Assembly (NCBI GenBank): GCA_002269645.1 | Contig: NIVC01001666.1 | Coordinates: 62,001 to 126,000 of the forward strand | DNA length: 64,000 nucleotides | Direction: 5' to 3' | Source of the DNA: Macrostomum lignano | Taxonomy: Eukaryota | Shown here: one piece after another, positions 22,029 through 60,580 of the stretch | Layout: the number at the start of each line of letters is the position of its first letter | Numbering within the stretch: the stretch's first letter is position 1 | Program-made: the position numbers and the translations under genes | Notes under the pieces: generated by a model | Databases searched by the model: none | What the model was told of the DNA's origin: nothing | Seen by the model: only the letters and a program-made list of their open reading frames with translations

Positions 22029-22380
22029 TAATCCTTCAAAAGTTTCTGGTTGTGCTACTGACAGCACTAATTAGTAGCGCTAAAAATAAATTTAGTGGTG
22101 CCCATCACTGGTAATAGTAATACATACCAACACAACTGTGTATGCCTAGCTATAAGGATGCAAGAATTGACACAAGAATTGGTCGCATTTCAAACGAGCG
22201 CACCAATCTGAGCATGCAATGTATAGAAAGCGTGCCTAATCGGATCAAACTTGGCCACAGGTCGGCAATAGAAACGTAGGGGCATAGCCTGAATGCTCTC
22301 GAATTTGCCCAAGTCATCTGAGCACTGCTCACCGTAAAAACCTGGCAAAGTAAATTCGATCTCGCAGGCCAATGTACATG

Positions 22381-23010
22381 TGTGACAGTGTGATTCGTAG
22401 AAGCGTGTATCGTATTTCTTTATTTTCATATGCATACCGTATTCTTTCATTTATTTTAACAATATTCGTACGTATTATTATCGCGCTATTTTTACTGTTA
22501 ATTGCTTTGTTTTTGTAGCCTCGTATGTGTTTATTCTATTATTTGTATTTCATTCATATCGTTATTATTTCTCGTAAAGTAGTTCTACCTATGTACATGT
22601 ACTGACACATGTTATTCTTGCATGATATATTCTATCGAATAATTTGTACATGTACATTGCGCGCCGCGTGGGGGGTTGTTTGTCTGGGTTTTGGATTAAG
22701 GGTGTTGTTGTTATCTGTTTACCTTTAAATATATGCTTACACTACAGTCAGCAGCCGCTCTCGCCCTTTCCCTTGCTTCGCTTCTCGACCTAGGCTCGCT
22801 AACCCTTAGCTGTGACGCTGTCTGGCCTCCTTACACCAACTCTTCCGCCGTCTACCTTGGCACACCAATTAGTTAATTAACTGATCCAGCAATTTTAAGT
22901 AGCACTAGCAAAAGTCTAAGGGTTGAAGCGGCTTGCCGATCTGCTAACTAATCGTGAACTATCTAAATTAACCGCTACACAAATCCGTCTTATTCGCCTT
23001 ATTCGTCACA
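22381..23010 (-). mobile_element. Solo LTR (630 bp), intact sister of 18243-18845
   Basis: Termini TGTGAC...GTCACA, perfect 4-bp TSD CATG (22377-22380 and 23011-23014); TATA-like and AATAAA motifs on the minus strand. Confidence 0.82.
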
Positions 23011-23988
23011 CATGTAAATGCATGTACATGTGTATTTAATTTGCGACTTCCGCTCGTAATTTTGGCAGCGCTGGCTTAAGCTATATCAGATAAATCTTCA
23101 AGGCATAAAATCGTTAGAAAAAAATGATTTTCAAAGGGTCTATAATAAAAAATACAATTGTAAACATTAAGGGACTCGTACACTATACTAGCTGAGGTTT
23201 GCCGATCTAGGAAGAACATTTAATGAACTCGTATATTTACATGCACACCAATTAGCGCTTATCTGCCCCGATCATCCGATGACTCCTAGAAAAGTGCAGC
23301 TGCGTAGGTGTTGCTACGCATGTAGTTCACGTCACGAAGGCAAATATTGACTAGCACAAGCATATACTGCCATGCTTGTTAATTAACTGAATGATTTTCT
23401 TTTGGATGAATCGCGGGCGCAGCAATGTGACGTAGTTTACTTCCATTGTGCTTTTTGATAGATCAATGATGTCGCAAGCCTGCTTTTATTACATTCCAGC
23501 TGTTTTCGCGTGCGCGTTCGATTGAAGTAGTCATGAACATTTTGATTCAAACCACCAATCTCTTAGATCTACCACCCTCTACCACGCATCCCACTGTACT
23601 TTTACATTCGATTATCTTTGCTTGATCCGTAAACTGAAAGAACGAGGCAACGCGGCTAATTTTCAGGGTTTGGTTTCAAATATTTATGGCTTAGTGATCC
23701 TAGAAAAACAGTTAAATTATAATAAATCAAAAAACTCTGCGCTAGATTTTATTATTCCCTGCAGTCGTGCCCTGAAAGCACAAAGAGAGAAGCTTAAATT
23801 GAATTAAAATATGAAAATATAAGAAATTTGAGCGGGCGGAAACAGGTTCATCAAGCATCAGGACAACAACGCCACTCCTGGAACTTGAAACTTCGTCACA
23901 TTAGAACAGCACAATTAAGTTATAATTGACGTCTTGGTATTCGCCAACAAAACAATTGGCTGCTGAAATGTACTTTTCAAAGTGCACC

Positions 23989-50007
<26,019 letters not shown>

Positions 50008-50829
50008 CTGCAAGATTGTGCGTGATATTTTATGCTGACTACTATGAGTAGAAAAACGACCAACACGTTTCGAGTCTTTAAATTGATTTTTTAAAGTAAA
50101 AATTTAAAATAAATTCGTACAATGCATTTCCTACTCAGATGGAAAACCGACTACAGTTTTGCAGAAATAAACAAAGCAGAAATGCACGGAAGAAGAGACT
50201 GCAATGCTGGAGAAAGAGAACAAAGCAGCTCCTGTTGGCTTCGCCCGCTGAAACGGGTGCCGCCTGTCAGTTCTGTCAGCAGCTGGGCGCTCCGGATCGT
50301 GCCTTGGCTGTCACAGATTTGAAGTACTATAAATCACTCAAATAAATAAGCTGCAGCATCCTCCGGCTCTCTGCTCTCTCTCATCTCTTTATTCTCCCCA
50401 TCTCTTCTCTCTCAGCGCTCCCAGCCGTTCCATTGACTAAAAGGCAGAGTACAAACTGATGACACTTGAATTCTCAGTTCAACAAAGCCCCGAAAGCGGC
50501 TCTTGCAGCAGAGGCGCCGGTAGCAGAGTTCCTTTCTGAAGCACACGTGTTTCAAGCAGCTGAAGCTACTTGAAACCCTTCCCCAAATTTAGTTCAGCTT
50601 ACTGTTGGCTAACTTTTAACTGACAGCTTTAAACAGTTTAATGAATAAAAGTTCAACTACAGCAAGCCTCTTCTGCTTGCCACATCGTTCTTGACTTGGA
50701 TTAATTACCCTCGTAACCCATAAGCGGCTACGACCGTATCTAACTGCATGAATCAGTCGGTATATCTTTATTCGTCTCACTTGTATTTGCTTCGAATCTT
50801 CTCAATATTTGTTCTTCCCTATCTCACTG

Positions 50830-51660
50830 TCTCTCCTGTCTCTCTCTCCTGACTCTCTCTCCTGACTCTCTTCCCTGACTCTCTCTCCTGACTCTCTCTC
50901 CTGACTCTCTCCCCTAACTCTCTCTCCTGACTCTCTCCCCTAACTCTCTCTCCTGACTCTCTCTCCTGACTCTCTCTCCTGACTCTCTCTCCTGACTATC
51001 TTCCCTGATTCTCTCTCCTGACTCTCTCTCCTGACTATCTTCCCGATTCTCTCCCCTGACTCTCTCCTCTGACTCTCTACCCTGACTCTCTCCCCTGACT
51101 CTCTCCCCTGACTTTCTCCCCTGACTCTCTACCCTGACTCTCTCCCCTGACTCTTTCCCCTGACTCTCTCCCCTGACTTTCTCCCCTGACTCTCTACCCT
51201 GATTCTCTCTCCTGACTCTCTCTCCTGACTATCTCCCTGACTCTCTCCCCTGACTCTCTCCCCTGACTCTCTCCCCTGACTCTCTCCACTGACTCTCTCC
51301 CCTGACTCTCTCCCCTGAAACTCTCCCCTGACTCTCCACTGACTCTCTCCTTTGACTCTCTCCTCTCACTCTCTCTAATGACACTCTCCTCTCACTTTCT
51401 CCCCTGACTCTCTCCCCTGACTCTCTCCCCTGACTTTTTTCCCTGACTCTCTCCCTCATTCTCTCCCCTCACTCTCTCCCCTGACTCTCTCCCCTGACTC
51501 TCTTCCCTGACTCTCTTCTCTCACTCCCTCACTCCCTTGAATCTCTTCCTCACTCCCTTGAATCTCTTCCTCACTTTCTACCCTCACTCTCTCCTTTGAC
51601 TCTTTCCCTTGACTACCTCCTCAGACTCCCTCCCCTATCTCTCTCCCTTGACCCTCCCCC
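50830..51660. repeat. Pyrimidine-rich (ctgactctctcc)n repeat
   Basis: 12-13-bp degenerate unit. Confidence 0.93.
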
Positions 51661-51947
51661 TTGACTCTTGACTATAATTATAAGTTGATTTTTCTGTAAA
51701 AAACGTGCGTAAATAACCCGACTCATGCCTCATCAATGCAGACTCCGAGTTCACTGCCATCATTTGTCTCCTGTTGATGCCTTGAGACTGCAGAGCCCAG
51801 AATTCCTCGCTCTCTGGCTAATCGGGTAGCCGTCTGCCAACGGGACGGCCTTTGCTGTTGCTGTTGTTGTTGCTGCTGGGACCTGCTTGGGGGTTTGTTT
51901 TCAAGTTGAAACTTTTATCTGTTGGTTTCTATAGCAGTCTAGATCCT

Positions 51948-51950
<3 letters not shown>

Positions 51951-52035
<85 letters not shown>

Positions 52036-52315
52036 GAGAAGATAAGAGCGGAGAGAGAAAGAATGAGAGTGGAGAGAGAGAGGAGGGGAGAGCGGAGAGA
52101 GGATGAGAGCGGAGTGAGAGAGGATGAGAGCGGAGTGAGAGAGGATGAGAGCGGAGTGAGAGAGGATGAGAGTGGAGTGAGAGAGGATGAGAGCGGAGTG
52201 AGAGAGGATGAGAGCGGAGTGAGAGAGGATGAGAGTGAAGAGAGAGAGGATGAGAGTGGAGTGAGAGAGGATGAGAGTGGAGTGAGAGAGGATGAGAGTG
52301 AAGAGAGAGGAGGGG
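51951..52315. repeat. (GA)n followed by 21-bp (gagaggatgagagcggagtga)n repeat
   Basis: Direct inspection. Confidence 0.95.
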
Positions 52316-52559
52316 GAGAGCGGAGGTGCTGTGCAATTGCTTTGTAGGTATGTACATCTGCTATGTACATCTGTTTTCGGATATTGATTAGTCGCTGTCT
52401 AAAGTATAAATATACCCAGTGGGAAGGCCAACGTGATCTAAAGGTCGTGTGTACCCCAAAATCAGTCTGCCTCTTGTTGTATTGAGAAAATCAGAGTGAT
52501 GCGTAAAAGCATTTCGGGACAGAAACAAAGGCAAGTTGCAATGCCCAAAGCCTACGTAC

Positions 52560-53654
52560 CTTGGTGCCTGCAGCTGCACTGACTGACAGCTCGTTGACGA
52601 CTCGTCCCGTCCCGACGGCCGCCTTCGCCTCCGTGGAGACCGCGACGCTGCCGTGGACGCGCCAAGCCGCAGCGCCAGTTGGATCAGCATCCGAGACTCG
52701 CGCCTCATCAGGCCGCCAGAGTCCAGCTGATCCGCAGTGGCTCCCAGGGCGTTCCGCACTGCGCCGAAGCCTCCGTAGGCGGCGCCGGCCTCGAGAAGGT
52801 GCCGAAGGACGCTCAGCGAGGCCGGCCTGTCCTCGTTCGACGACGTGACCGCAGCGGCCACGGCGAGATGCAGCGGCGAGTTGCCGAGGCACGGCTCCAC
52901 GCAGTCTGGCCGGGCTCCGTGCGACAGCAGGATCGCCACCAGGGCCGGGCGGCGCAGCGCCGTGGCCAGCAGCAGCGGCGGAGCTTCAGCCAGCGCTGAC
53001 GACTGGAAGGCGGCCGAGAGAGCCAGGCGGGCAGTGAAGGAGCAGCCGCCGCCGCCGTCTTCTCCAGCCTGCTGGATCAGCCGTCGACGAATCCAGTTGG
53101 CGTCGGGCTTGGCTCTGCTGTGCGGCTCAGGCGGCTCGGCGCGCTGCGGCAGCAGCCAGTCGGCCAGGGCGGCCCAGGCGCTCGGATCGACCAGCGGGCC
53201 CGGCCGGTTCGGCTCGAACAGCCCGGCGTTGCCACCGAACCTCAACAGGGCGCGCAGGCAGTCCTCGGAGTTGCTCAACACCGCGGCGTGCAGACAGCGG
53301 CGCAGTCGGCTGGAGTTCTCGTCCAGCTCCGAGGCGCTAGCGCTAGCGACGGTCCCGGAGCTGGAAGATACGACGCGCCACCAGCGACGGAGGAGGCGGC
53401 GTAGAGTGTCGGAGTCGCGGCTGTTGATGGCGCGTTCGAGGCTGGCGATGTCGCTGGACGGGATGGCGGCGGAGGGAGGCGACGATGCGGCCGAAGGTGT
53501 CGCCGAGTGGCTTCGGTGGTGAACTGAGATCGGGCCCGAGACGGCCTCCGGCATGGACAGTGCGCTGCTGGAGAGTCTGGGCTGCTGACTGTCGGAGTTG
53601 CCGGCTAGGGGGTGAGGCTGCAGTAACTGCGGCTGCTTCGACATCGTTGAAGAC
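52560..53654 (-). CDS. Ankyrin-repeat exon, probably the N-terminus of the PLC epsilon gene (link not resolved)
   Basis: CLHAAVLSNSEDCLRALLRFG, PPLLLATALRRPALVAILLSHGA, GNSPLHLAV...LRHLLEAGA. Acceptor CAG at 53655-53657, ATG at 53644, donor AG|GTACGT at 52559. Confidence 0.8.
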
Positions 53655-53659
53655 CTGCG

Positions 53660-54100
53660 GCTGCTTGGTGAGGGGGTCAGGGGTGACTGGTGAGTGGTCA
53701 TGAGGGGGTCAGGGGTGACTGGTGAGGGGGGCATGAGGGGGGTCACGAGTGGCTGCTGATGCCTGGTGAGGGGGTCAGGGGTGACTGGTGAGGGGGTCAG
53801 GGGTGACTGGTGAGGGGGTCATGAGGGGGTCACGAGTGGCTGCTGATGCCTGGTGAGGGGGTCAGGGGTGACTGGTGAGGGGGTCATGAGGGGGGTCACG
53901 AGTGGCTGCTGATGCCTGGTGAGGGGGTCAGGGGTGACTGGTGAGGGGGTCAGGGGTGACTGGTGAGGGGGTCATGAGGGGGGTCACGAGTGGCTGCTGA
54001 TGCCTGGTGAGGGGTCAGGGGTGACTGGTGAGGGGGGTCATGAGGGGGGTCACGAGTGGCTGCTGATGCCTGGTGAGGGGGTCATGAGGGGGGTCAGGGG
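53660..54100. repeat. G-rich compound minisatellite (ggtgagggggtcaggggtgact / gagtggctgctgatgcct)
   Basis: Tandem copies immediately upstream of the ANK exon. Confidence 0.92.
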
Positions 54101-54349
54101 TAGCTGAAGTGGAGAGCGCCTGCCAATTGTGTTGTGAAAAAATGACAAGAGAGGCTGAATAAGTGCAGGCGCAGTCATGGCTGCTAGCTAAAAATACAAA
54201 GAAAGAACGCAGGTGTGAGAGCCACTGCTAGAGAGGGACTTGTTCTAGAGCTTCCTGGATTTGCACTTTCAAATTATCGCAAATCTGGGATAGACGGAAA
54301 TAGAGGGATTAAGAGCAGATAGTGGCGAGAGGGGTGCTGTGAGGGCAAA

Positions 54350-56560
54350 GAGAAGGAAAAGGGAGAGGGTGAGAGGGTGAGATGGTGAGGGTGAGAGGAA
54401 GAGGGTGAGAGGGAGAGAGTGAGAGGGAGAGGATCAGAGGGAGAGGGTGAGAGGGAGACGATCAGAGGGAGAGGGTGAGGGAGAGAGGTCGAGAACGAGA
54501 GGGCGAGAGGGAGAGGGTGAGAGCGAGAGGATGAGAAGGAGAGGGTGAAATGGAGAGGATCAGAGGGAGACGATCAGAGGGAGAGGATGAGAGGGAGAGG
54601 GTGAGAAAGAGAGGGTGAGACTGAGAAAGTGAGAGGTAGAGGGTGAGAGGAAGAGGGTGAGAGCGAGAGGATGAAAGGCAGAGAGTGAGAGGGTGAGAGG
54701 GTGGGAGGGAGAGGGTGAGAGGGTGAGAGGGAGAGGGTGAGACGGAGAAAGTGAGAGGCAGAGGGTGAGAGCGAGAGGATGAGAGGGTGAGAGGGTGAGA
54801 GGGAGAGGGTGAGAGGGAGAGGATCAGAGGGAGAGGGTGAGAGGCAGAGGGTGAGAGCGAGAGGATGAAAGGCAGAGAGTGAGAGGGTGAGAGGGTGAGA
54901 GGGAGAGGGTGAGAGGCAAAGGGTGAGAGGGAGAGGGTGAGGGAGAGAGGTCGAGAACGAGAGGGCGAGAGGGAGAGAATCAGAGGATGAGGGTGAGAGG
55001 GTGAGAGGGAGAGGGTGAGACGGAGAAAGTGAGAGGCAGAGGGTGAGAGGAAGAGGGTGAGAGGGAGAGGGTGAGAGGAAGAGGGTGAGGGAGAGGGTGA
55101 GAGGAAGAGGGTGAGAGGAAGAGGGTGAGAGGGAGAGGGTGAGAGGGAGAGGGTGAGAGGCAAAGGGTGAGAGGGAGAGGATCAGAGGCAGATGGTGAGA
55201 GGCAGAGGGTGAGAGCGAGAGGATGAGAGGGTGAGAGGTTGAGAGGGAGAGGGTGAGAGGGAGAAGATCAGAGGCAGATGGTGAGAGGCAGAGGGTGAGA
55301 GGCAGAGGGTGAGAGCGAGAGGATGAGAAGGAGAGGGTGAAATGGAGAGGATCAGAGGGAGACGATCAGAGGGAGAGGATGAGAGGGAGAGGGTGAGAAA
55401 GAGAGGGTGAGACTGAGAAAGTGAGAGGTAGAGGGTGAGAGGAAGAGGGTGAGAGGAAGAGGGTGAGAGGAAGAGGGTGAGAGGGAGAGGGTGAGAGGGA
55501 GAGGGTGAGAGGGAGAGGATCAGAGGGAGAGGGTGAGAGGGAGACGATCAGAGGGAGAGGGTGGGGGAGAGAGGTCAAGAACGAGAGGGCGAGAGGGAGA
55601 GAATCAGAGGATGAGGGTGAGAGGGGGAGCGGATTAGTTTTGATGGGTGGGTGCCTAAGACTTTCTGAAGCAGAATAGCTAGTGCGAGGCGAGGAAGTCA
55701 GGCATGTGCGGGGACGAAGCTCGGAGCTGAGACCGATGCACCTGCTGTGTCTGCACGCAGGCCGGCTCGGGCAGCAATCAGTAATCGTGTCTGGCGCCCC
55801 CTCGGACAGGAAGCGAAACTTGAATAGTCAGGACTCGAATTACCTGTTAATTGGCTGATAATTCTACCTGCTGATAGGCAGGTTGGAGATATTGGACTAG
55901 ATCTCTTTAACTGGGAAACTCGAAAGGAAGAGAATGGGGGAGAGGGAGAGAGGAGAGGGAGAGGGAAAGAGGGAGGAAGAGAGGAGAGGGAGGGGGAAAG
56001 GGAGAGAGGAGAGGGAGAGGAGAGGGAGAGGAGAGGGAGAGGAGAGGGAGAGGGAGAGGGAGAGAGATGAGAAAGGGAGAGAGAAGAGAGGGAGATAGGA
56101 GAGGAAGAGGCAGAGGGAAGAGAGAGAGAGAGGAGAGAGTCTCGAAAGGGAGAGAGGAGAGAAGAGAGGGGGAGAGGAGAGGGAGAGGAGAGGAGAGGGA
56201 GAGAGGAGAGAGAGAGGAGAGGGAGAGGAGAGGGAGAGGAGAGGGAGAGGGAGAGGGAGAGGGAGAGGGAGAGGGAGAGGGAGAGGGAGAGGGAGAGGGA
56301 GAGGGAGAGGGAGAGGGAGAGGGAGAGGGAGAGGGAGAGAGGAGAGAAGGAGAGATGAGAGGGAGAGGGAGAGGGAGAGAGGAGAGAAGGAGAGATGAGA
56401 GGGATAGAGGAGAGGGTGAGAGGAGAGGGAGAGGAGAGGAGAGGGAGAGAGGAGAGGGATAGAGGAGACGGAGAGGAGAGGGAGAGAGGAGAGGGATAGA
56501 GGAGAGGGAGAGGAGAGGGAGAGAGGAGAGGGATAGAGGAGAGGGAGAGAGGAGAGGGAG
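54350..56560. repeat. Two polypurine tracts (54350-55628 gagggtgaga-type; 55925-56560 gagagg-type)
   Basis: Nearly pure A/G on the plus strand; internal ~140-bp duplication (about 54521 and 55313). Confidence 0.95.
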
Positions 56561-56997
56561 GGATGAGATAAGCAGGCAGGCAAGAGTCTCAGAGGTAATT
56601 GAGGGACATTGAAAAAGCCAGCTAGAGATGCAGCAGACACTGATAGAGTCAGCGCGGGCACAAAGCGGAATTAATCAGAGAGGTAGGCAAATGAATATCC
56701 GAATTATCGTTAGAATCGCATATTAATAAATAACTAATCACCCAAGAGGGAAGGCATGACGGCTCAGTCTCAGTGATAACGGGAAGATTAGGAAGTGATT
56801 ATTCGGGCTGGATCAGCTCGCGGGAAGCGGAGGCAGCAATGCAGATTGGCAGTATAGTTCAATATTTGCATGAGGCTCAGATAAGGCGGCAGCCGAGGTC
56901 TCAGATGGTCCTGTCAGTTTCCCGACTCCCCTGCAGTCTGCTGTTGCAGATTCGAAAAGTTTTTTTAAAAATCCGCGACAGAGAAGCCTTGGCTCAC

Positions 56998-57168
56998 CTG
57001 TTGTTCAGGGAGATGACCCTCGGATTTCCTCGATCTGCCACTAGAAGGAGCTGATGGGCGTTCTGGGTCGGACAGAAGCAGGCCGATAGACATGGCGCGG
57101 GCTTTATCCTGAGCGATGAGGGAGAGGCAGAGACTGTGCCAAGCCTCTTCATCAAAGCGGCTCGCCAT
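56998..57168 (-). CDS. Possible upstream exon of the ANK/PLC gene (MASRFDEEAWHSL...EQQ)
   Basis: ATG-initiated frame ending at a good donor CAG|GTGAGC; no recognisable homology; phase 0 does not match the phase-2 ANK acceptor. Confidence 0.3.
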
Positions 57169-57339
57169 TGGCTGTCTGTCTCAGATTTAACGGTGTCAAT
57201 TTTCAGCCAGATAGAGAGATGTGCTTTCTATGATAATAATGTATAGCGGTATTTACTGCCCTCAAACTAATCTGCTGAGTTGTATGCTGCTTGGGTGTGG
57301 CCACATTTTATATAGATGGGGCGCGTCTTCAAGGGCGCT

Positions 57340-59056
57340 ATTTCATTTGAGTAGGGGTGCCATTTCATTTGAGTAGGGGTGCCATTTCATTTGAGTAGGG
57401 GCGCCATTTCATTTGAGTAGGGGTGCCATTTCATTTGAGTAGGGGCGCCATTTTAATAGAACAGGGTTGCCATTTCATTTGAGTAGGGGCGCCATTTCAA
57501 TAGAGTAGGGGTGCCATTTCATTTGAGTAGGGGTGTCATTTCATTTGAGTAGGGGTGCCATTTCATTTGAGTAGGGGTGCCATTTCATTTGAGTAGGGGT
57601 GCCATTTCAATAGAACAGGGGTGCCATTTCATTTGAGTAGGGGCGTCATTTCAGTTGAGTAGGGGTGCCATTTCATTTGAGTAGGGGTGCCATTTCATTT
57701 GAGTAGGAGCGCCATTTCAATAGAGTAGGGGCGCCATTTCAATTAAGTAGGGGCGCCATTTCATTTGAGTAGGGGCGCCATTTCATTTGAGTAGGGGCGC
57801 CATTTCATTTGAGTAGGGGCGCCATTTTATTTGAGTAGAGGTGCCATTTCATTTGAGTAGGGGCGCCATTTCATTTGAGTAGGGGCGCCATTTTATTTGA
57901 GTAGAGGTGCCATTTCATTTGAGTAGGGGTGCCATTTCATTTGAGTAGGGGTGCCATTTCATTTGAGTAGGGGTGCCATTTCATTTGAGTAGGGGTGCCA
58001 TTTCATTTGAGTAGGGGTGCCATTTCATTTGAGTAGGGGTGCCATTTCATTTGAGTAGGGGCGCCATTTAATTTGAGTAGGGGCGCCATTTCATTTGAGT
58101 AGGGGTGCCATTTCATTTGAGTAGGGGTGCCATTTCATTTGAGTAGGGGTGCCATTTTATTTGAGTAGAGGTGCCATTTCATTTGAGTAGGGATGCCATT
58201 TCATTTGAGTAGGGGTGCCATTTCATTTGAGTAGGGGTGCCATTTCATTTGAGTAGGGGTGCCATTTCATTTGAGTAGGGGTGCCATTTCATTTGAGTAG
58301 GGGTGCCATTTCATTTGAGTAGGGGTGCCATTTCAATAGAACAGGGGTGCCATTTCATTTGAGTAGGGGCGTCATTTCAGTTGAGTAGGGGTGCCATTTC
58401 ATTTGAGTAGGGGTGCCATTTCATTTGAGTAGGAGCGCCATTTCAATAGAGTAGGGGCGCCATTTCAATTAAGTAGGGGCGCCATTTCATTTGAGTAGGG
58501 GCGCCATTTCATTTGAGTAGGGGCGCCATTTTATTTGAGTAGGGGTGCCATTTCATTTGAGTAGGGGTGCCATTTCATTTGAGTAGGGGCGCCATTTCAT
58601 TTGAGTAGGGGTGCCATTTCATTTGAGTAGGGGTGCCATTTCATTTGAGTAGGGGTGCCATTTCATTTGAGTAGGGGTGCCATTTCATTTGAGTAGGGGT
58701 GCCATTTCATTTGAGTAGGGGTGCCATTTCATTTGAGTAGGGGTGCCATTTCATTTGAGTAGGGGTGCCATTTCATTTGAGTAGGGGTGCCATTTCATTT
58801 GAGTAGGGGTGCCATTTCATTTGAGTAGGGGTGCCATTTCATTTGAGTAGGGGTGCCATTTCATTTGAGTAGGGGCGCCATTTCATTTGAGTAGGGGTGC
58901 CATTTCATTTGAGTAGGGGTGCCATTTCATTTGAGTAGGGGTGCCATTTCATTTGAGTAGGGGTGCCATTTCATTTGAGTAGGGGTGCCATTTCATTTGA
59001 GTAGGGGTGCCATTTCATTTGAGTAGGGGTGCCATTTCATTTGAGTAGGGGTGCCA
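57340..59056. repeat. Satellite 22 bp (ccatttcatttgagtaggggtg), about 78 copies
   Basis: Highly homogeneous array; a variant block recurs after 726 bp. Confidence 0.98.
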
Positions 59057-59534
59057 AGGAGTTGGAGAACGCAAGAATCGAGAATCCATCAAAGTCGATG
59101 CAGATTTTTGGGGATTTTGCAGGAATGCTCAGCTCAAACACACAGGACAGACAGAATGTAGACTGACAAAGAGGCAGACATCCCTATTGAGAATTTATTT
59201 AATCAATGCCGTTGCTGCATGAGCGCACAGCTATAGAATGCAGCGCGAACCACCGTGAAGCCTTTCGCTCAATTCCCGCACTCAAAAAAAACAGATAAAG
59301 TGCACAAATGCCAGGCATAAAGCACGCCATGCCCACGGCTTACAAAGCTTTAAAGCCATTAAGGCTGGGCTCGACTACGGATAAGCAACTGAGACTGCGC
59401 TTCATCTGGGATCAGATTGAGTCGCTGCAATTCGCTAGATTGACAGAAGCATAGTTACAGCCCTGTCAGTTGCAGCTTTGTGCTGCGCTGTTTATACTAC
59501 TGAATGCTTGTAAGTAGGAAAGTAGGCTTTATAC

Positions 59535-60580
59535 CTGTAGATTGCAAAACTGCAACATGTAGATTGCAAAACTGCAACCTGTAAATTGCAAAATCTGCAA
59601 CCTGTAGATTGCAAAATCTGCAACCTGTAGATTGCAAAAACTGCAACCTGTAGATTGCAAAATCTGCAACCTGTAGATTGCAAAAACTGCAACCTGTAGA
59701 TTGCAAAGAGCAACCTGTAGATTGCAAAGAGCAACCTGTAGATTGCAAAGAGCAACCTGTAGATTGCAAAGAGCAACCTGTAGATTGCAAAGTGCAAAAC
59801 TGCAACCTGTAGATTGCAAAAACTGCAACCTTTAGATTGCAAAACTGCAACCTTTAGATTGCAAAAACTGCAACCTGTAGATTGCAAAAACTGCAACCTG
59901 TAGATTGCAAAGTGCAACCTGTAGATTGCAAAGTGCAACCTGTAGATTGCAAAGTGCAACCTGTAGATTGCAAAGTGCAAAACTGCAACCTGTAGATTGC
60001 AAAACTGCAAAGGCTGTAGATTGCAAAACTGCAACCTGTAGATTGCAAAAACTGCAACCTGTAGATTGCAAAAACTGCAACCTGTAGATTGCAAAGTGCA
60101 AAACTGCAACCTGTAGATTGCAAAACTGCAAAGGCTGTAGATTGCAAAACTGCAACCTGTAGATTGCAAAAACTGCAACCTGTAGATTGCAAAAACTGCA
60201 ACCTGTAGATTGCAAAGTGCAAAACTGCAACCTGTAGATTGCAAAACTGCAAAGGCTGTAGATTGCAAAACTGCAACCTGTAGATTGCAAAAACTGCAAC
60301 CTGTAGATTGCAAAGTGCAAAACTGCAACCTGTAGATTGCAAAACTGCAAAGGCTGTAGATTGCAAAACTGCAACCTGTAGATTGCAAAGTGCAAAACTG
60401 CAACCTGTAGATTGCAAAACTGCAAAGGCTGTAGATTGCAAAACTGCAACCTGTAGATTGCAAAGTGCAAAACTGCAACCTGTAGATTACAAAACTGCAA
60501 CCTGTAGATTACAAAACTGCAACCTGTAGATTGCAAAACTGCAACCTGTAGACTGCAAAGTGCAACAGGTCGATTGCGAA
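59535..60580. repeat. Minisatellite 22-23 bp (gcaacctgtagattgcaaaact)
   Basis: Tandem copies. Confidence 0.97.

Larger units (their letters stand above)
18111..22110. mobile_element. Old non-autonomous hAT element (4.0 kb including nested insertions)
   Basis: 13-bp perfect TIR CAGTGATGGGCAC at both ends. Left flank GTAATACA, right flank GTAATA-GTAATACA (8-bp TSD with slippage). Subterminal gcacta/gcgcta repeats; AT-rich, CpG-poor body. Confidence 0.8.

Noticed and set aside
20477-22060. Possible additional decayed MITE (aagtgacataaccag / ctggttgtgctactg ends) enclosing the inner hAT and Tigger-like MITE
   Set aside because: Ends match at only 11 of 15 positions and there is no TSD.
22190-22450. 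ORF with PGFYGEQCS, superficially EGF-like
   Set aside because: Its 5' part lies in the solo LTR, the cysteine spacing is incomplete, and there is no splice support.
57340-59056. CRISPR-like appearance of regular 20-40-bp repeats
   Set aside because: Units are head-to-tail with no unique spacers, no cas genes are present, and the context is eukaryotic.
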